A stretch of 32,000 bases of DNA, from NCBI RefSeq assembly GCF_000007225.1, contig NC_003364.1, positions 1,110,001 to 1,142,000 on the forward strand, written 5' to 3'. Position numbers and translations under genes: made by a program. Of the stretch, positions 1 through 7,406 are shown one piece after another; position 1 is the stretch's first letter; every line of letters begins with the position of its first letter. Source of the stretch: Pyrobaculum aerophilum str. IM2 (GTDB lineage: Archaea > Thermoproteota > Thermoprotei > Thermoproteales > Thermoproteaceae). Below the pieces are notes generated by a model, which was not told where the DNA came from, made no database searches, and was given only the letters and a program-made list of their open reading frames with translations.

Positions 1-1270
1 TCTGCAATTAAAAGCGGCGGGGGTAGGGGCGAGGTTTTGTCTAGAATAAGCGGCGACGTTCTCAACGCCGCTATTTACTTGTTTTTTCCTGTGGACGTGG
101 CGGTGGTTCTCGCCAGGCTTGCGGCGCAACTGGCGGCTTCTTTTTACATTTCCCCCGTGCTCACCCTAACGGCCTTGCCGCTAATAGCGCTTTACTTTTA
201 CGTAGTCAGAAGAGTGGGGCCTGCCTTTCTCGCCTACGCCCAAAGGGAGAGGCTTCTCTACTCCGCGTGGTTTAAGAGGGCAAAGGAGGTGGTGGACGGG
301 GCCCACAGCCTTTATAGAATGGGCGTGAGGGAGTTGCCTGGGGTATTGCTCAAGGCCACAGCTGAGTGGCTGTCTAGCTACAAAAAGCTCCAGCTCTACT
401 CCAAGTCTCTAAACTTCGGCGCAAGCGCCATTGCCTTCGCCGCGCCGCACTTCGCACGGCTCTGGTGCTTTTCCTAACCCCCCCCCCTGGGGCTGTCCAC
501 AGTGGGCTCTGCGGTGGCTGTGAGACACCTCTTAGCCGGGGTTTTTGAACCAGCGTCTCAGCTAATGGCTAAACTGAGCTCCTTTTACCAGTTCAAGGCG
601 TCTTTTCAGAGAGTGGCCGAGCTAGTAGAGGGCTGGGCGGAGCCCCCCGCCGTAAAGCAAGGGACCAGCGTCGTCGTTAAAAACGCCGTGTTGGGCCACG
701 GCGGTAGGGCGGTGTTACACGTCGAATCCCTCGTGCTTGAGCCTGGGGATTTCCTATGGATCAGGGGGCCCACCGGCGCCGGGAAGTCCACTCTGGGCAA
801 GGCCATCGCAGGCCTTATAAAGCCCCTGGAGGGCTCCGTGGAGGCGCCGGAGGGCGCAATCTATATCGGCAATGACGATTATATCTCGACGGGACTGTGT
901 ATGAAAACATCACGCTTTGGGAGGAATACCCGCGGGAGGAAGTGGAAAGGGCCGCGCGGCTCGCCCGCATAGAACTTCCCCCTGGATAAGCCGTGCGGCG
1001 AGGGGGGGATCAAGCCTCTCAGAGGGGCAGAGGCAGCGGGTAATAATGGCAAGGGCCCTCTTGAGGAGGCCCAGGTCGCTTGTCATGGGCGAAATTACGT
1101 CGGGGCTAAACGCAGAGGTGGAAGAGGAAGTGCTGGAGGCAGTTAAGAGGGAAGTGCCCATTGTCGTGGTGATATCCCACAGAGACACCGCTGGGAAATA
1201 CGCCAATAAAATCGTAGAGGTGAACAACGGCATTGTGCGCGTGGTGAAATGTGCAACGCCTCGGCCGTAA
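1..1270 (+). pseudogene. ABC exporter (fused membrane domain plus ATPase), cut by the window start and internally disrupted
   Basis: The frame is open from nt 1 and is TM-rich to 477. Walker A GPTGAGKS lies in ORF 502-972. ABC signature LSEGQRQR and a degenerate Walker B lie in ORF 917-1270. An in-frame TAA at 475-477 abuts a C10 run (478-487). The frame changes near 886, at C5 978-982 and at G7 1002-1008. The segment DGTVYENITLWEEYPREEVERAARLARIELP is readable only in a third frame (888-986). Confidence 0.8.
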
Positions 1271-1314
1271 AAATTACTGGCCCTGTGACGTGAGGATCTT
1301 CGGCGGGGCTTTGG

Positions 1315-1393
1315 GGTGCTTGTGCCCCTTTCGGGGCCGCATCTCCCCTGCATTTCGTTCGGGCGGTGCTTGTGCCCCTTTCGGGGCCGCATC
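1315..1393. repeat. Tandem direct repeat of the 29-bp unit GGTGCTTGTGCCCCTTTCGGGGCCGCATC at 1315-1343 and 1365-1393 (50-bp period); each unit holds the hairpin GCCCC-TTTC-GGGGC
   Basis: Read directly, 29/29 identical. It lies in the spacer between the ABC pseudogene stop (1270) and the DUF3800 gene start (1447). Confidence 0.9.
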
Positions 1394-1446
1394 CCCGCCT
1401 ACATACAATTAGGCAGATGCAGTAATTTATAAGCTTTTTTCACGTT

Positions 1447-1914
1447 GTGAAGCGAGTTGCCTTTGTGGACGAGTCTGGCCTCAAGTCGCCGTGTAGTTGC
1501 ATAGCCGTGGCTGTAGTGGTGGCTGAGGTGAGGGGTAGCTACCTATACTGGGGCCTTGACATCCTCTCCCAGCTGAAGGCGTCTGCGGGCGTTAAAGGGG
1601 AAATTAAGTGGAGGTTTGTGAAAAGGCGGGGTCTGGCGAGCCGGGCCTTGGCTCTTATAGGCAGTTTAGAGACGCATAGGGACGTCCACCATTATGTAGA
1701 CAGAGAGAGTTTTGAGGCGTGGCTGTGGCGGCTCTTGACTGGGATTAAAGCTGACTTGTACGTACTTGACGAGGGGCTGGCGGATCCGCGTAAATTTCCC
1801 CGTGCTGTTTCAAAGCCGTCGCATAAAGTGCCGGGAATTCAGCTTGCCGACCTTTTAGCAGGCTATACCGCGGAGTTATTTTGTAAACGTAGCCGGGGCT
1901 TTTCTCAGCCGTGA
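1447..1914 (+). CDS. DUF3800-family protein (function unknown)
   Basis: N-terminal VAFVDESG and C-terminal IQLADLLAGY match the two motifs I associate with DUF3800. GTG start with TATA-like TAATTTATAAGC at 1424-1435. Confidence 0.6.
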   Translation: MKRVAFVDESGLKSPCSCIAVAVVVAEVRGSYLYWGLDILSQLKASAGVKGEIKWRFVKRRGLASRALALIGSLETHRDVHHYVDRESFEAWLWRLLTGIKADLYVLDEGLADPRKFPRAVSKPSHKVPGIQLADLLAGYTAELFCKRSRGFSQP

Positions 1915-1938
1915 AAGCCGGCGTGAGAGGGATGGCTG

Positions 1939-2643
1939 TTAGACGTTTTCAGCCTCCTCCGGCTTGACCACCCTTATCCCCATTTTCTCCGCCACTGCGA
2001 CCACAAGCGCGGGATTTCTGTCGTGTATAAACGCCGTCACGACGATTATTTTATCAATTCTCCTGCCGGATACCCGCTGGTATAGCTCGGCCTTTCTCCT
2101 AACCACTTGGAGATCGCCTCTTTTCAAAGCCGCAGTTATTTCAACTGCCATCACCACGCCGTCTTTAACCACTACGTCTAGCTCCACCTCGCTGGGGTGG
2201 CCGTAGACGTGGCCCTCGGAGTCGAAATAAACCCACTTCTCCACGGCGTAGCCGGCCTCCCTAAGGAGCTCCCTAACCCCCTCCCTAAAGGCGTCCTCAG
2301 AGGCCAAGCCCCAACGGGCGCCCAGCGCCTCAAGCCTCAAATTCAACCTCCTCTCCAAAGCCCTAATCTCTTTATAAACTGCCTCGAAACCCGCCGTCAT
2401 CCTCTCCTCCAAGGCCTTGAGCTCCTCCTTTGTCGCCACTTTCTCCCTCACGTCTGCAATTTCTTTTCTCAACGCCTCTGTTTCTCTCCTCACGGCTTCC
2501 ACGTCCTCTCTCGTGGCCAGCCTCTCCCACGGCGTTATTTTTGAAAGAGCCTCGTATATGATCTGAGGCCTCGCCGTGAGGACCTCCACTAAAATCTCCG
2601 GGTGCTCCAACAAAACCCTCTTCACCTCCTCAGCAAGAGACAC
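1939..2643 (-). CDS. Coiled-coil protein with a C-terminal PD-(D/E)xK-like (restriction-endonuclease fold) domain
   Basis: The N-terminal half is heptad-rich (EAVRRETEALRKEIADVREKVATKEELKALEERM). The C-terminal half has ELDVVV...AVEITAALK followed by a beta-alpha pattern typical of archaeal DUF3782/PDDEXK-type proteins. GTG start with AAATATAAAAAATTT at 2661-2675 upstream. Confidence 0.5.
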   Translation of the reverse strand: MSLAEEVKRVLLEHPEILVEVLTARPQIIYEALSKITPWERLATREDVEAVRRETEALRKEIADVREKVATKEELKALEERMTAGFEAVYKEIRALERRLNLRLEALGARWGLASEDAFREGVRELLREAGYAVEKWVYFDSEGHVYGHPSEVELDVVVKDGVVMAVEITAALKRGDLQVVRRKAELYQRVSGRRIDKIIVVTAFIHDRNPALVVAVAEKMGIRVVKPEEAENV

Positions 2644-2827
2644 GGAGTAAAGGGCGAGGAAATATAAAAAATTTGCCGGCGGCGAGTGCTCAATGCCTAG
2701 CGCATGGCGTGTTAACCGCCTTTCCGCCCGCCGGTGAAGATAAACGACGTTTTTAGTAAATCTCCGGCCTCTAATCTCCTCGGGGCCAAGGGGCTTGCGC
2801 CTTTTTTAACGTGTTAAACTCGTCTAT

Positions 2828-3727
2828 TTAGCCGAGTCTCCATGTGGCCATGGCGAATGTTACTAACGCCGAAAAAGCCGCTCCCAGCAACGGGCTGGTG
2901 AGCCACCCGATAAATATCCTCTTTAAAGCCCTGCGCTCAGCGCCTAGCTTGGCCATGGCTCCGATTAAAGTCTGATTCATTGAGGCGTTTAGGCCTAGGG
3001 AGTTGAATATCGCCAAAGTCGCTATTTTAGTCACATGGGCTGCTAGATATGATCTGGGGCTGAGATTCCCCAGCTCCCCTCCTATAGTCTCGACGAGTCT
3101 GTGGCCCCAGGTTAAAAGCCCGATGGACATGAAGAAGTCCGCGAGCCCCTTGGCTGTTATGAAATCTATTACCACGCCCACTAGACTCGTCGCCGCATTG
3201 CTCACGTCGTTTAGGCCTAAGACTAATGCTGATAAAAACATGGAAATTCGCAATAGAAGTTTTGTGTTAGACGGCGTGAGTTTGCTCACCAGGGGGGCTA
3301 GTGCATATGCCGTAAGGGGGGCCGCGGCCCACGCGGCCACCAGCACTGCTAATAGTTGTAAATTCACCGCGGCCCCCACTGTCAGCGCGGCGCCGATTAA
3401 AGACGCAGTATATAACTGTATAGTTGAGGTAGGTATTTTGGCGTAAGTGGCCAGCGTGGTCGTCGCCGCGGCTGATAATAAAGCTGAGTAATGACCCGCG
3501 GGCCTCAAATTGGTTAATTGGACGTAGGTTTTCACAACGGGGCTGACTAAAGAGCCTATTAACACAAGAGCCCCCGCCACGAGCAACCCCTTTTTTATCG
3601 TAATGGCCCCGCCTCCAACAGCCGGGCCGACCACCGCGCCTGCGTAGTGATGTCCCATACTCCAAGCGAAAAACGCCGAAGTTATCAGAGCCAATACGAC
3701 GAGAATTTCCACGGCTAATTCCCTCAC
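2828..3727 (-). CDS. PiT-family-like inorganic ion (phosphate/sulfate) permease, short and divergent
   Basis: Polytopic membrane protein. The C-terminal half carries GLNDVSNA, matching the PiT signature GANDVANA. The N-terminal half has GHHYAGA at the equivalent place. Confidence 0.55.
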   Translation of the reverse strand: MRELAVEILVVLALITSAFFAWSMGHHYAGAVVGPAVGGGAITIKKGLLVAGALVLIGSLVSPVVKTYVQLTNLRPAGHYSALLSAAATTTLATYAKIPTSTIQLYTASLIGAALTVGAAVNLQLLAVLVAAWAAAPLTAYALAPLVSKLTPSNTKLLLRISMFLSALVLGLNDVSNAATSLVGVVIDFITAKGLADFFMSIGLLTWGHRLVETIGGELGNLSPRSYLAAHVTKIATLAIFNSLGLNASMNQTLIGAMAKLGAERRALKRIFIGWLTSPLLGAAFSALVTFAMATWRLG

Positions 3728-4127
3728 AACTTATTTAACTCTATTGCCGCCCGATCCCTCTAAAACGGCGTTTTGCTCTTCACGACGGATCTCTGCCGTT
3801 TACATACGCCTCCGAGGCGCGGCGCTTTCCCTGCGAAGTCAAAATCTCCACGACGCCTACCTCACGCCTATTCACGGCCTAGTTGTTTTCAGTCTTGCAT
3901 AGGGGCGAGCAACTAAGGCTATCATGAGTTGCGTCAATTCCGTGTGTTTGCTTTTGAAGGCCCTTGGAGCTTATCGTAGCGGAAGCTGGCTGATACAAAA
4001 CGCCTTTATACACACCTGCAGGAGAACTGAACACACGGCGTAGTGCAGACAGCCGGCAGAGACAAACGCGATGCGTCTAACTCCCTGGGGCGCCGCCGTC
4101 AAATGGGCGAGCTCTTCGCCGAGCGGA

Positions 4128-5561
4128 TTATTTAACTGCTATGTTTATCATCATGCCCCCGTCTTCATGTTCTAAATTGTGGCAGTGGAATGGGAAGAGT
4201 TGCCCCCTCTTTTTTGCGTCAAAATTCACAACGATTTTAACTGTCTCGCCTGGCCATATTAACACTGTGTCTTTCAAGCCGAGATCTGTGGGGAGTCTGC
4301 CCCTATTGTCCACGGCAAGTTCCGCCACTTGTCTTGGGCTGTCTTTACGCTCAATTATCCACATGGGAAAGCCGTGTAAGTGCATAGGGTGGGGCATAGA
4401 CGCCTTGTCGTTAACTATTTCCCACAGCTCGACGCCCTCTACAGATACGTGTTCAAACAGCGGGTTTGAGGCATTCCAGAACATGCCGTTTATCGTCCAC
4501 TGCATTCCTGATAGAGATAACGCAAACCTCCTCGTGCGAGTGGGTTTTGGGGGCTCTGGGGGCGGATCAGACAAGGCCTCCACAGGCACCGCCTCGCCCT
4601 TGCCTTCAACTAAGAAAGTGGCTATTGTGTACTCAGAGCCCTCGGGGAGCGCCTCTTGCATCCCGTGGCCCATTTCTAAATGCATGGGATCAAAAGGCGT
4701 ATTCTTCAAGAGGTAAACGCCCTCGCCCAGCTCTACCACAACCTCAGCCCTCTCAGCTGGCGCGAGGAATAACGCCCTTACCTCTATTGGCCTGGCCAAA
4801 AAGCCCTGGTCAACGGCAATAAGCCTCATGGGCACAACATCGCCGTTTTTCTTAACAATAGAGAGCATATACAGCCTCGCGTTAGAGCCATTTACGAGCC
4901 TGAGTCTGTAGCTCCCTCCTGATAGTTTAAATACGGCGTCTTTAACGCCGTTTACTAAAACAGCGTTTCCCAAAAACCCAGCGATCATCTCCATTGGCGT
5001 CGGGTTGTAAACGGGCGCTCCGCCTATAAATCTCCTGTCAGATATCACCAGCGGCAGATCGTTTACGCCGTATTTAAACCCGAGATCAGACCCCGAGTCC
5101 TCCACTATGACGAGACCTAGTTGTCCCATGTAGAACTGTTTTGCGGTCAGCCCATGGGGGTGGGGGTGATAGAGATATGTGCCAGCCCTATTCACAACGT
5201 CGAAAGAATAATTGTAGCTCTCCCCCGGCGTTATGGCGAAGGAGGGATGCGCATCGTTATGCCAGTTTACATCAAAGCCGTGCCAGTGGACAATGGTCGG
5301 CTCAGTGAGTTTATTTTTTAATGTCATATCAACTCTTTGTCCACGCCTAAGTATTATTGTGGGATTTAATACTCCCTCTGCCATATATCCACTGGCAGTG
5401 GCCTCAATATATGTCGCCTCTTTAATTAACGGGGGGACAGGCGCGGATGTCTCAGGCCTCTTGACTTCACCAGTTCTCAATATATACTGCAATGTAAATC
5501 CCATGGCCAACATGGCCCCTGCGCCGAGCCCTATTTGCAAAAACCTCCTTCTAGTGATCAT
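4128..5561 (-). CDS. mcoP: Tat-exported three-domain multicopper oxidase (McoP-like laccase/metallo-oxidase)
   Basis: Twin-arginine signal MITRRRFLQIGLGAGA. Copper-ligand motifs HWHG, HPHPHG, HPMHLHG and HCHNLEHEDGGMM in canonical order. 477 aa. Confidence 0.95.
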   Translation of the reverse strand: MITRRRFLQIGLGAGAMLAMGFTLQYILRTGEVKRPETSAPVPPLIKEATYIEATASGYMAEGVLNPTIILRRGQRVDMTLKNKLTEPTIVHWHGFDVNWHNDAHPSFAITPGESYNYSFDVVNRAGTYLYHPHPHGLTAKQFYMGQLGLVIVEDSGSDLGFKYGVNDLPLVISDRRFIGGAPVYNPTPMEMIAGFLGNAVLVNGVKDAVFKLSGGSYRLRLVNGSNARLYMLSIVKKNGDVVPMRLIAVDQGFLARPIEVRALFLAPAERAEVVVELGEGVYLLKNTPFDPMHLEMGHGMQEALPEGSEYTIATFLVEGKGEAVPVEALSDPPPEPPKPTRTRRFALSLSGMQWTINGMFWNASNPLFEHVSVEGVELWEIVNDKASMPHPMHLHGFPMWIIERKDSPRQVAELAVDNRGRLPTDLGLKDTVLIWPGETVKIVVNFDAKKRGQLFPFHCHNLEHEDGGMMINIAVK

Positions 5562-5575
5562 GGGGCTGAGAAAAA

Positions 5576-5589
5576 CTTATAGATTAAAA
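5576..5589 (-). promoter_or_regulatory. TATA element of the multicopper oxidase gene (leaderless layout)
   Basis: The minus strand reads TTTTAATCTATAAG, 15-28 nt upstream of the ATG at 5561. Confidence 0.55.
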
Positions 5590-5595
5590 CACGCT

Positions 5596-5646
5596 GTGAA
5601 ACACAAGTTTCACTATCATGAAACCCTTATAACAGAATATTGAAAC
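5596..5646. promoter_or_regulatory. Phased TGAAAC hexamer array with palindrome; candidate transcription-factor operator
   Basis: TGAAAC occurs at 5597-5602, 5619-5624 and 5641-5646, with exact 22-bp spacing. A perfect palindrome GTGAAAC-ACAA-GTTTCAC spans 5596-5613. Confidence 0.5.
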
Positions 5647-5888
5647 TTAAACAACAGCCCGCCGGGAGGAATCAGCTCCGCCCCCAATTAGCGTAAGCGC
5701 CGGTAACAATACCCCTTCCGGGCGCCGGGGCTGAGCGCCAGCCCGGGCGGAGCCTTGTCCAGTCAGCCCCAGCCTGGCCTACTCGCCTTCTGCCCGCGCC
5801 AGGTGGCGCTAATTCCTTTTATGCGACGCTCTAAACTGTCCCACTGCTTTAAGCGTTGGGCAGAACTGTTGTGCCCCCGCGTAAAGAG

Positions 5889-5900
5889 TTTTTAAATATT
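5889..5900 (+). promoter_or_regulatory. TATA box for the UPF0175-PIN operon
   Basis: TTTTTAAATATT is centred about 22 nt upstream of the in-frame GTG at 5916. Confidence 0.6.
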
Positions 5901-5915
5901 GGTATCGGAAGTGGC

Positions 5916-6137
5916 GTGGAGGAGCTGGCTAGGTATTTCGAGGATTTAGAGGAGGAGCTGAGGAGAATTCGCAGGGAGAGGGCTGATTGGGAGTTTATTA
6001 ACAGTCTCCCTCCTCGGCTTAGAATTGCCTTAATGTACTACATAGAGACGGGGGATTTATACGTGGCGTCTCGCATCGCCGGCATAGCCGCGGAGGAGTT
6101 TAACGAGCTGAGGAGAAGGGCGAAAATACCTAGTTAA
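5916..6137 (+). CDS. UPF0175 (COG2886) family antitoxin, copy 1
   Basis: RIALMYYIETGDLYVASRIAGIAAEEFNELRRRAKIP fits the UPF0175 pattern (short helix, then an HTH-like part ending in IP). The ORF track starts at TTG 5856, but the TATA at 5889-5900 lies inside that extension, so GTG 5916 is preferred. The stop overlaps the PIN start as TAATG (6135-6139). Confidence 0.75.
   Translation: MEELARYFEDLEEELRRIRRERADWEFINSLPPRLRIALMYYIETGDLYVASRIAGIAAEEFNELRRRAKIPS
5947..6056 (+). repeat. 110-bp direct repeat, copy A (partner at 6673-6782)
   Basis: Base-by-base comparison at offset 726 gives 109/110 identical. The only mismatch is 6008 C versus 6734 T. Confidence 0.95.
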
Positions 6138-6712
6138 TGCAGGCAGTTGTAGATACTTGTTTTCTCGTGGACTGGGTCAAGTTCAGCATGCGCGACTTGC
6201 TCTTTGAAGTGTTTAAAGTGGTGTGGATCCCCGAGCCTGTGTTGGGGGAGTTGAGGAGCGAGGAGACTTTGGCTTGGCTCGCCGAGCGCTTGGCGGAGAG
6301 AAAGCTGGCGGTTCTGCCCGAGTTGCCCGAGCTGAGGGCTAAGGCGTTGAGCTTAATGGCAACTGTGGCGTCTAGGCTCTCCTCGCCTATTATTGACTAC
6401 CCCGAGGCCTATTGTCTAGTGGTGGGGAGAGAGATGGGATTTGTCGTATTGACTGAGAATAGAGGCGCCTTTGCCGTCCCGAGGGTAGTACAAGAATATT
6501 TTAACGTCGCCGTGTGGAGATCTCTTGAGGTGCTCGCGCAAGCGGTGCGGCTGGGAAAGGCCGACTGCGGGGTTTTCGACCTATATAGGGAGGAGGCGTT
6601 ACACGAATTCCCCCGCAGGGATTTAGAAAAGGTTTTAAAAGAGCTGGGGTGTAGAAGCCGTGGAGGCGGAAATAGAGGAGGAGCTGAGGAGAATTCGCAG
6701 GGAGAGGGCTGA
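6137..6712 (+). CDS. PIN-domain toxin of the DUF3368/COG2405 type
   Basis: MQAVVDTCFLV (N-terminal acidic residue), IPEPVLGEL, DYPEAYCLVVGREMGFVVLTENRGA and VWRSLEVLAQAVRLG follow the DUF3368 PIN-like pattern. It is translationally coupled to an upstream UPF0175 gene. Confidence 0.75.
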   Translation: MQAVVDTCFLVDWVKFSMRDLLFEVFKVVWIPEPVLGELRSEETLAWLAERLAERKLAVLPELPELRAKALSLMATVASRLSSPIIDYPEAYCLVVGREMGFVVLTENRGAFAVPRVVQEYFNVAVWRSLEVLAQAVRLGKADCGVFDLYREEALHEFPRRDLEKVLKELGCRSRGGGNRGGAEENSQGEG

Positions 6713-6869
6713 TTGGGAGTTTATTAACAGTCTTCCTCCTCGGCTTAGAATTGCCTTAATGTACTACATAGAGACGGGGGATATTAGAAAGGCGTCTAAA
6801 CTAGCCGAAATGCCGCTGGAGGATTTCAGAGAGCTTATGAGAAAGGCCAAGATCCCCTTAACTGCGTGA
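6660..6869 (+). CDS. UPF0175 (COG2886) family antitoxin, copy 2; overlaps the PIN 3' end by 53 nt
   Basis: The N-terminal half is encoded by the same DNA as copy 1 (EEELRRIRRERADWEFINSLPPRLRIALMYYIETGD). The C-terminal part DIRKASKLAEMPLEDFRELMRKAKIPLTA is 14/28 identical to copy 1. GTG start. Confidence 0.7.
   Translation: MEAEIEEELRRIRRERADWEFINSLPPRLRIALMYYIETGDIRKASKLAEMPLEDFRELMRKAKIPLTA
6673..6782 (+). repeat. 110-bp direct repeat, copy B (partner at 5947-6056)
   Basis: See copy A. The identity boundaries are sharp on both sides (5946/6672 and 6057/6783 differ). Confidence 0.95.
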
Positions 6870-7001
6870 GTGAGAGCGAGAGGCTGATCCGCCCGGCAAT
6901 GAGGTCGAGGCCGAGTGGCGACAGCCCCGCCAAGTGCGCTGAGGCGCCCTGCGTCTTGTCGAGACGCGTCGGGGCGTTAAACAGGGGTTAAAAACGCCTT
7001 T

Positions 7002-7406
7002 TCATGGAGCGGCGACCCACCCGTGGCGGGTTCTAACGAGGCCTCTCCTCTTGATATACTCCTCCACCTCCGCCTTAATGCGCGCGAAAACCTCGAAATC
7101 GCCGCATAGAGGCCTTCCGTCTACCACGGCGTCTAGAATCACCATAGAACGCTCCAACACCTCCTCTAGTTTATCCAGCGGAAGCCACACCACTTGGCCA
7201 ATCCGCCTCTGCTCTAAACGGTACTCCCCCCTCTCAATCACGGCCAGGAGATCCCAGTCGCTTAGGGGGGTGAAGTCCCCCCTGGCCCTAGAGCCGAACA
7301 AAACCACGACTAAAGCGTTGCGACACAGCTCTTCAATTAACCTTGAAGCCTCCGCCTCTTTCCACCTTGTCAACTCACGCAACGCCTCCAGCCACCTGTC
7401 GTACAT
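7002..7406 (-). CDS. Minimal nucleotidyltransferase (MNT) of a HEPN-MNT module
   Basis: VVLFGSRARGDFTPLSDWDLLAV matches the GSxxRGxxxxxSDxD polymerase-beta-type motif. The track ORF starts at 7466, but the internal ATG at 7406 (MYDRWLEAL) gives the usual short overlap with the upstream HEPN gene. Confidence 0.85.
   Translation of the reverse strand: MYDRWLEALRELTRWKEAEASRLIEELCRNALVVVLFGSRARGDFTPLSDWDLLAVIERGEYRLEQRRIGQVVWLPLDKLEEVLERSMVILDAVVDGRPLCGDFEVFARIKAEVEEYIKRRGLVRTRHGWVAAP

Noticed and set aside
1315-1393. The tandem 29-bp repeat was considered as a mini CRISPR array.
   Set aside because: There are only two units with a 21-bp spacer (too short). There are no further copies, no leader and no cas genes.
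3728-4127. The 400-bp spacer between the PiT-like gene and the oxidase gene was checked for tRNA, sRNA, a flanking repeat shared with 5562-5855, or a gene remnant (for example the 31-codon minus-strand frame VNRREVGVVEILTSQGKRRASEAYVNGRDPS).
   Set aside because: No tRNA-like arms, box motifs, shared repeats or family motifs were found. It is left unannotated rather than over-called.
6927-6936. The motif CC(A/G)CCAAGTG recurs in three intergenic regions (6927-6936, 7889-7898, 21983-21991).
   Set aside because: A shared 9-10-mer is expected many times by chance in a 32-kb window, and the flanking sequence does not align.
6951-6967. Hairpin GCGTCT-TGTCG-AGACGC (with the palindrome GACGCGTC) lies between the convergent UPF0175 and MNT genes and could be a terminator.
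   Set aside because: Archaeal termination relies mainly on oligo-T tracts rather than hairpins. The stem is short with no adjacent strong T run on either strand, so it is not callable.
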